In this document: piece by piece, positions 55,975 to 64,000 of the stretch
Layout of the letters: every line of letters starts with the position of its first letter
Numbering within the stretch: position 1 is the first letter of the stretch
Origin: Kofleriaceae bacterium
GTDB lineage: Bacteria > Myxococcota_A > Polyangia > Haliangiales > Haliangiaceae
Assembly: GCA_022842285.1 (NCBI GenBank)
Contig: JALHPV010000002.1
Coordinates: 15,597-79,596, forward strand
DNA length: 64,000 bases
Reading direction: 5' to 3'
The notes under the pieces: generated by a model
Seen by the model: the letters and a program-made list of their open reading frames with translations, nothing else
Told to the model about the DNA's origin: nothing
The model's database searches: none
Translations under genes and position numbers: made by a program

Positions 55975-57290
55975 AGGTCGCGCTCCACGGGAGAGTGCTT
56001 CTTCGTGTGCGTCTCCGTCGGCAGCGCAGGCTTCACCAGCGCGGGCGCCGCGCGCTTGGTCGGGCGTGGCTTCGTTTCGACCGGTCCGGGTGCGGGGACC
56101 GGGACGTCGACCGGCGGTGCGGGCGTCGGTGCTGGCACCGGATCGAGCTTCGCCGGCACGGGCGCGGGCGGAGTCGTCACCATCTCGATGGTCGGCGGGG
56201 GAGGGGCGGGTGCGGGAGCCGGGGCATCGCCACGACCGCGGAGGGCGATCGCGGCCACCACGATCCCCGCGACGAGCACGGTGACGACGCCCGCGATCAG
56301 CGGCATCGACGCCTGGCGAGGTGGCGCCCCGGGGACCAGCGACGGCGCCGGGAGGGCGATCGCAGGCGGGCTCGAGGTCGCGTTCAGCACCGGCTCACTC
56401 GCGCGGAGTGGACGACGCGGCACGCGGGTCGCGATCGCATCGAGCCGCTCGACCACCACGCCCGCATCGGCCGGCCGCTGCTCGGGCTCCTTCGCGAGGA
56501 GCTGGAGCACGAGCTCCTCGAGCTCCGGCGTGACGCCGGCCACATGATCGCGCACGGGCCGCGGCTCCGTGAACATCTGCGCGACGATCACCTCACCCGG
56601 TGCGTCGCCCGGGAAGGGTGGGGCGCCGGTGAGGAGCTCGTAGAGGATGCAGCCCAGCGAGTAGAGGTCGGCGCGATGGTCGACGGCGTTTGCGGTGCGG
56701 GCCTGTTCGGGAGCCATGTAGAGCGGCGTGCCCATGAGGGCCCCGGTCTGCGTCTGGCCCTCGCCGGCGAGGAGAAGCTTCGCGATCCCGAAGTCGAGGA
56801 CCTTCACGCGCTCGCTCGTGCCGTCGGGGACGAGGAAGACGTTGTCGGGCTTCAGGTCGCGATGGACGATGCTCTTGGCGTGAGCCGCCCGGAGCGCACC
56901 GGCAATGCCGCGCGCGACGGCCACGGCTTCGCCTTCGGAGAGCCGGGTGCGCTGCTGGAGTCGCTTCGCGAGCGTGACGCCCTCGAGCAGCTCCATGACG
57001 AGGTACGCGCGGCCCTCGGACGTGTAGCCGAAGTCGTAGACCTCGATGATGCCGGGGTGCTGGATCGCCGACGCGGCCTTGGCCTCGGTGAAGAAGCGCT
57101 GGACGACGTCCTCGTTGTGCGCGAGGTCGGAGCGGAGGAACTTGATCGCGGCCGGGCTATCGAGCAAGCGATGCGTCGCCCGATACACCGTCCCCATACC
57201 ACCGTGCCCGAGCGCTGCGGTCACCCGGTAGTTACCGAGGACCGCCCCGAGCATCGATTGCCGGCGCGGCTCTGGGAGGCTCGCCATCAT
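55971..57290 (-). CDS. Hanks-type Ser/Thr protein kinase with a single TM and a Pro-rich extracytoplasmic tail (439 aa)
   Basis: The kinase motifs are GHGGMGTVY, AIKFL, IVHRDLKPDNVFL, DFGIAK and GTPLYMAPEQ. The TM is PLIAGVVTVLVAGIVVAAIAL. Confidence 0.9.
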   Translation of the reverse strand: MMASLPEPRRQSMLGAVLGNYRVTAALGHGGMGTVYRATHRLLDSPAAIKFLRSDLAHNEDVVQRFFTEAKAASAIQHPGIIEVYDFGYTSEGRAYLVMELLEGVTLAKRLQQRTRLSEGEAVAVARGIAGALRAAHAKSIVHRDLKPDNVFLVPDGTSERVKVLDFGIAKLLLAGEGQTQTGALMGTPLYMAPEQARTANAVDHRADLYSLGCILYELLTGAPPFPGDAPGEVIVAQMFTEPRPVRDHVAGVTPELEELVLQLLAKEPEQRPADAGVVVERLDAIATRVPRRPLRASEPVLNATSSPPAIALPAPSLVPGAPPRQASMPLIAGVVTVLVAGIVVAAIALRGRGDAPAPAPAPPPPTIEMVTTPPAPVPAKLDPVPAPTPAPPVDVPVPAPGPVETKPRPTKRAAPALVKPALPTETHTKKHSPVERDL

Positions 57291-57355
57291 CCCGTGAATC
57301 CTCTAAGGATGCGACAGAAGAGGAGAATCCACAAGGCAGGTGTTACCGTCGGGGC

Positions 57356-57985
57356 GTGTGCAACATCCTCGCGACAGTTGGGGTCGCGGCGGTCGCCGTC
57401 CTCACGATTCCGAGCCCGGTGTGGGCCGATGATCCCGCAGCGCTTGAGGCCGCGGAGGCCAACCTCGAGCCGGTCGAGGCGCGTCGCGGCATGGTGTTCA
57501 CCTTCGCCGTTGGGGGCGGCTTCACCTTGGGCCTGGGCCTGGACGACTCGACCGGCACCGGCGGGTCGGGCGTCCTGCGGGTGGGGCGCGTCGCGAGCCG
57601 GCGGGCCGTCGTCGGCATCGAGCTCGCCGCGGTGGCGCACTTCTCCGGCGTGGTCGTGCCGCCCCTCGATGATACGCCGACGACCGAGCGCTATCGCCGT
57701 GACTCCACGGCCGTCCTCGCGTTTGGCCAGTACTACGTGGGCCCGGTGCTCTGGCTGCGGGCCGGCGTGGGCCTGGGGCGGTATGCGGGCGATGCGCTGG
57801 AGGGGCTCTTCGAGAGCCGCGACCGGGTGCGCCTCGCCGCGCTCGCGGGATCGGCAGGAGCAGGACTCGATCTCATCCGGCTGAAGCGCTTCCGCGCCGG
57901 TGTCGAGATCATGAGCACCGGCTACCTCACACGCGACGGCGTCCTGTCCGCGAACGCCTTCATGCTCGATCTCACGATCGATTGA
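57356..57985 (+). CDS. Secreted beta-strand-rich protein, possible small outer-membrane beta-barrel (209 aa)
   Basis: The GTG start gives a signal peptide (ATVGVAAVAVLTIPSPVWA). Alternating Gly/hydrophobic strands follow (VFTFAVGGGFTLGLGL, LWLRAGVGLGRY). Confidence 0.5.
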   Translation: MCNILATVGVAAVAVLTIPSPVWADDPAALEAAEANLEPVEARRGMVFTFAVGGGFTLGLGLDDSTGTGGSGVLRVGRVASRRAVVGIELAAVAHFSGVVVPPLDDTPTTERYRRDSTAVLAFGQYYVGPVLWLRAGVGLGRYAGDALEGLFESRDRVRLAALAGSAGAGLDLIRLKRFRAGVEIMSTGYLTRDGVLSANAFMLDLTID

Positions 57986-57989
57986 CCGG

Positions 57990-59618
57990 TCAGGTCGGGT
58001 CGTCGTAGTCGCGCGACGCATCTGCGTCGAGATCGACGGTGGCCGTCGAGCCGGCCTGGATATCGGTGCGCACGAACATGCGGCCATCGCGCCAGCGCAG
58101 GAGCAGCGCGACCTGACATGCAGGCAGATCGTCGACGGAGAAGTGACCGTGCTCGACCTGGACGACGCGGCGCTCGCGGGCGATCTCGATGTCCATGCCG
58201 TCGAGACAGCGCGCGATCTCGATCTCGAGCGTGCCGTTGTCGACCTGCGCGAGCGTGCCTTCGAGGCGCCCGGTGCCCTTCAGCGCCAGCTTCACGTTCT
58301 TCGCCGGAGACGCGATCATCTCCGAGACCACCCCGCGCTCGGGCGCGGCCGCGGACACCTGATAGCGACCAGCCGGCAGCGCGTACACGCTCCAGCGGCC
58401 GTGCTCGTCGGTGCGCTCCTGCTGTCCGATGCCCCCCGGATCGAGCGGCATCAGGTCGACGTGCGTGAACGCGACCGGCTTGCCATCGTGATCGACCAAG
58501 ACGCCTTCCAGGTCCGGCGTTCGGTTCGGCAACCGAAACACGACGTTCGAGAAGCGCGCGCCGTTCTTGCACGAGAAGCGCTGCGCGTCGGCGGGCGGCG
58601 CCTTCCAGGGCCAGGCGCGCAGCACGACCTCCTGCTCCGCGACAGTGGTGTAGCGGAACGTGCCATCGGCGGCGATGCGACCCACCGGGGCGAAGGCCGC
58701 CTCGCTCGGCGCATACTGTTCCTCGATCGCACCTTCGCCGGCGGGAGCGCCACTCGGAAGCACGACGCGGCCTGCGATGATGCAACCCTGCACGAGGGCG
58801 AGCGTCACCGTCACGTCGTCGAGAGGGCTGACGCGGACCCCGATCGGCTCGGCGAGGGCGGCAAACTTCGCGTGCGTCGCTTCGAGCACGTACCCCCCGC
58901 CGGGCAGCTTCAGCTCGAACGCGCCCTTCGCATCCGTCTCGGCGACGTCGGTGCCGGGCGTGGTCGAGACCGAGCGCCCGTAGTTACTCGCGCGTACGAC
59001 CGCGCCTGCGATCGGCTTGCCTTCGCCGTCCACGACGGTGCCGCTGACGGTCCCGGCCTGCACGACCTCGAGGTCCACGGACCCGAGATTGCGGACGGCG
59101 GCAACGACAGGCATGCGGTCCGCGACGGGAACCCCGATGTCGTCCGCGCTCGGCTGGCCAGGAATGCGGATGCGGGGCGCGGTGCCGATCGAGAGCACGT
59201 GATCGCCGCGGGCGAAGGCGCGGTACACGCCGATGGGGACCTCGATGCTGTACGAGCCGTCGGCCGCCGACATCGTCGACGACTCCGCGCCCCCGACGGT
59301 CGCGAGCAAGACGACCTCGGCGCCAGGCACCCGCGTGCCCGTGGCGGAATCGATGACCGCGCCGCTCACGATGACCATACCCGGCAGCGATGGCGTCAGG
59401 GTCGGCGCGGGGTCACCGGCGGACGGCGCGACCGGGGGGCCCGACTTCGCGACGCGGCCGGCCTTGCCGAGCTTGTCCTTCACCGTGGGCTCGACGATTC
59501 GCACGTTGCTCGTGCGGCGTGGCTGCGACGACGGTGCGTCACCACGGAAGCGCCATATCCCGAGCCCGACCAGCCCCACCGCCAGCACTCCGAGCCCCCC
59601 GACGACGCGTTTGTTCAT
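57990..59618 (-). CDS. Membrane-anchored protein with tandem carboxypeptidase-regulatory-like (CarboxypepD_reg) domains (542 aa)
   Basis: It has an N-terminal TM (GGLGVLAVGLVGLGI) and at least four units of the type G.V.D..G.P..GA.V......T.DA.G.F.L..P.G.Y. It lies 32 bp downstream of the PP2C gene on the same strand. Confidence 0.7.
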   Translation of the reverse strand: MNKRVVGGLGVLAVGLVGLGIWRFRGDAPSSQPRRTSNVRIVEPTVKDKLGKAGRVAKSGPPVAPSAGDPAPTLTPSLPGMVIVSGAVIDSATGTRVPGAEVVLLATVGGAESSTMSAADGSYSIEVPIGVYRAFARGDHVLSIGTAPRIRIPGQPSADDIGVPVADRMPVVAAVRNLGSVDLEVVQAGTVSGTVVDGEGKPIAGAVVRASNYGRSVSTTPGTDVAETDAKGAFELKLPGGGYVLEATHAKFAALAEPIGVRVSPLDDVTVTLALVQGCIIAGRVVLPSGAPAGEGAIEEQYAPSEAAFAPVGRIAADGTFRYTTVAEQEVVLRAWPWKAPPADAQRFSCKNGARFSNVVFRLPNRTPDLEGVLVDHDGKPVAFTHVDLMPLDPGGIGQQERTDEHGRWSVYALPAGRYQVSAAAPERGVVSEMIASPAKNVKLALKGTGRLEGTLAQVDNGTLEIEIARCLDGMDIEIARERRVVQVEHGHFSVDDLPACQVALLLRWRDGRMFVRTDIQAGSTATVDLDADASRDYDDPT

Positions 59619-59650
59619 TCGACCTTCGCAAGACCAGCGTGACGCGAAAG

Positions 59651-60424
59651 TTATTTCTCGACCACCTCGATCACGACCGCCGTGATGTTGTCCTTACCGC
59701 CACGCTGGTTGGCGAGCCCGATGCAGGCATCGGCGCACTCCTCGAGCTGGCCCTCGCCGCAGAGGTCGTCGACCTCTTTGTCGCTGCTGAAATAGCCATG
59801 GAGCCCGTCGCTGCAGAGCAGGAAGCGGTCGCCCTTCGAGATGTCGATGTCGGCCGTGTCGACCTGGACGTAGTCCTTGTGACCGACGGCGCGGGTGATG
59901 ACGTTCTTGCCGGCAGCCTTCTCGGCCTCGGCCTTCGTCATCATGCCGTGCTTGACCTTGTAGTTGATGAGGGTGTGGTCCTCGGTGAGCTGGAGCACCG
60001 ACGAGTTGCGCACGCGATACACGCGGCTGTCACCGACGTGCACGGCGAAGGCGAGCCCCGCGCGTACGAGCAGCGCGGAGAGCGTCGTCGACATCCCCTT
60101 CTTCTCGGGGTCGAGCTCCGCCAGCCCGAACACCATGTAGCAAGCGCTCTTCACGCCACTCTCGAGGAGTCGCCGGATCTCCCAGACCTGCTCGGTGTCT
60201 CCCGCCTCGATCGCCGAGCCGAGCCGGTCGATCTCGCGCGTCGCGCCGAACACCCACATGCGGAGCTGCTCGACGGCCTCGCGACTGGCGATCTCGCCCT
60301 TGTTGTGGCCGCCGACGCCGTCGGCCACGACGTAGAAGCCACGCTCGTCGTCGCGGAAGAAGGCGTCCTCGTTGATCTGACGCTTCCGCCCCACGTCCGT
60401 CCGCGCGACCGATTCGAGCTTCAA
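59651..60424 (-). CDS. PP2C-family Ser/Thr protein phosphatase (257 aa)
   Basis: The motifs are TDVGRKRQINEDAF, YVVADGVGGHNKGEIAS, LLCSDGLHG and GGKDNITAVVIEV. Confidence 0.9.
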   Translation of the reverse strand: MKLESVARTDVGRKRQINEDAFFRDDERGFYVVADGVGGHNKGEIASREAVEQLRMWVFGATREIDRLGSAIEAGDTEQVWEIRRLLESGVKSACYMVFGLAELDPEKKGMSTTLSALLVRAGLAFAVHVGDSRVYRVRNSSVLQLTEDHTLINYKVKHGMMTKAEAEKAAGKNVITRAVGHKDYVQVDTADIDISKGDRFLLCSDGLHGYFSSDKEVDDLCGEGQLEECADACIGLANQRGGKDNITAVVIEVVEK

Positions 60425-60461
60425 GGAGCATCATCGTACCACCTTTGCTACGCTGTCTTCG

Positions 60462-61295
60462 ATGAGTGAACGGCCGGCGCTGGGGGCAATCTTGCGCGAG
60501 CGATCGAGCGAGATCCTCGCGAGCTGGATCGTTCGCTTCGAGCGCTCACCGCTCCGCTTTCGTCGCGCGACCAAGGCGGCCGCACATACGTCCCAGGTCG
60601 CCAACCTCGTCGAGACGCTCGTGGTCGGCTCCGCGGGTGGCGCCCAGGACCTGAAGATGGGCTCCCACGCCACCCGCGAGCTCGAGCGCAGCGCGGCGTT
60701 TCTCGGGGCGCAGTTCTCGAGCGAAGGTGCGACAGGGTACGACGTCGCCGCCATGCTCCTGGAGCTGAAGGATGTGATCGCCGAGATCGCACACGCCGAC
60801 GATCAGGCGCCGCTGAGCCGGATGTTCGAATGGCTGACCGTGGTCGCGCTCGACGGGTTCGCGACCTCCGGCCTCCAGTCTCTGCGCGAGCGCCAGGCCG
60901 AACAGCTCGAGGTCGGGACGCCGGTCACCGAGATCTTGCCGCGGGTCCCAGCGGTGCTCCTCGTCGGTGCTCCGAGTGCCTCGCTCGTCGACAACTTGCT
61001 CGCACGGGCGTGGATGCTGGCGATCGGCACCGGAGCGCCGTGCCTCATCATCGACTGCGCTGGGCTCGCGGAACCGGGCGAGCGCGCATTCGAACAGGGC
61101 TATCAGAAGTTCTTGGAGCAGGCCGAAGGGGCCGCGATCCAGGTCCTGTTGTCGTCCGCGCGGCGAGGACTTCGCGAGCGCACGGCCGCCGCCACCACGG
61201 AGAAGGGCGTCCCGTTCCAGCACTTCGATCGGCTCGATACGGCGGTCGCCCATTCTCTCGACCGGGCCGGCCACTTATTGATGCGTCGGAGCTGA
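60462..61295 (+). CDS. RsbR-like protein with an RsbRD_N-type N-terminal domain and a STAS domain (277 aa)
   Basis: The N-terminus reads LGAILRERSSEILASWIVRF. The C-terminal STAS-like region is VTEILPRVPAVLLVGAPSASL...APCLIIDCAGL. It is divergent from the PP2C gene, with a 37-bp gap. Confidence 0.65.
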   Translation: MSERPALGAILRERSSEILASWIVRFERSPLRFRRATKAAAHTSQVANLVETLVVGSAGGAQDLKMGSHATRELERSAAFLGAQFSSEGATGYDVAAMLLELKDVIAEIAHADDQAPLSRMFEWLTVVALDGFATSGLQSLRERQAEQLEVGTPVTEILPRVPAVLLVGAPSASLVDNLLARAWMLAIGTGAPCLIIDCAGLAEPGERAFEQGYQKFLEQAEGAAIQVLLSSARRGLRERTAAATTEKGVPFQHFDRLDTAVAHSLDRAGHLLMRRS

Positions 61296-61340
61296 CAGCA
61301 CACTTCTTCACGTTGCGCACACGGCCCCCCAGGCGGGCGC

Positions 61341-63737
<2,397 letters not shown>

Positions 63738-63807
63738 CCCGAAACGGGGTCAGACGCAACCTGCGCCGCTGCCCCGTCGGGGCACGGGCAATGCACGGGC
63801 CCATGTC

Positions 63808-64000
63808 ATGTCGCGCACAACCATCGGTCTCGGTCTCCTCGGCGCCGCCGCGCTGGGCCTCCGAGCGGCAGTGAGACGGAGCCGCACGCTCGACGTGCGC
63901 GGTCGCGTCGTCGCGATCACGGGCGGTTCACGGGGCCTTGGCCTCGTGCTCGCGCGCGAGCTGGTCGCCCGGGGGGCCCGCGTGGCCATCTGTGCGCGCG
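63808..64000 (+). CDS. Short-chain dehydrogenase/reductase (SDR), N-terminal fragment running off the right edge
   Basis: The ATG at 63808 gives MSRTTIGLGLLGAAALG... followed by VVAITGGSRGLGLVLARELVARGARVAICAR, which is the TGxxxGxG Rossmann motif. The frame is open to the window end. Confidence 0.6.
   Translation, partial: MSRTTIGLGLLGAAALGLRAAVRRSRTLDVRGRVVAITGGSRGLGLVLARELVARGARVAICAR

Overview
This is a very GC-rich (about 70% by eye) bacterial chromosomal segment, densely coding on both strands. I support about 45 protein genes. I found no rRNA, tRNA, CRISPR array, transposase or integrase. The content points to a myxobacterium (Polyangiales/Sorangiineae-like), though that is inference, not a database hit. 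The evidence is two proteins ending in MYXO-CTERM-type sorting signals (Cys-rich motif, hydrophobic helix, poly-Arg), three Hanks-type Ser/Thr kinases plus a PP2C phosphatase, PEGA, DUF4388 and carboxypeptidase-regulatory-like domains, and many lipobox lipoproteins.

Recognisable housekeeping genes are groES-groEL, folE, mutY, a fabH-like KAS III, type II NADH dehydrogenase, tamA-tamB, an aldo/keto reductase, a menH-like hydrolase with a hotdog thioesterase, and two kynurenine-pathway genes (TDO-like kynA and kynU). Exported phosphatase-type enzymes are abundant: two PhoD-like proteins, a metallophosphoesterase/beta-propeller fusion, and a membrane-anchored sulfatase-fold protein.

The most interesting items are:
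- A 969-aa HEAT-repeat protein whose C-terminus carries a HEPN-like R-N-x3-H motif, apparently co-transcribed with a membrane-anchored protein.
- A translationally coupled operon of kinase, TPR/PEGA/beta-barrel protein and Ig-like MYXO-CTERM surface protein.
- A PP2C / RsbR-STAS / kinase-DUF4388 cluster with no GHKL kinase in view and a Cys at the canonical STAS phospho-Ser position.
- A TonB-dependent receptor split by a frameshift at a G7 homopolymer.
- An 85-bp lower-GC insert flanked by perfect 17-bp direct repeats and carrying three phased CACGTG palindromes.

Many long ORFs in the track are antisense shadow ORFs typical of high-GC DNA, and I rejected them. All family assignments come from motif recognition by eye and need HMM or structure searches to confirm.
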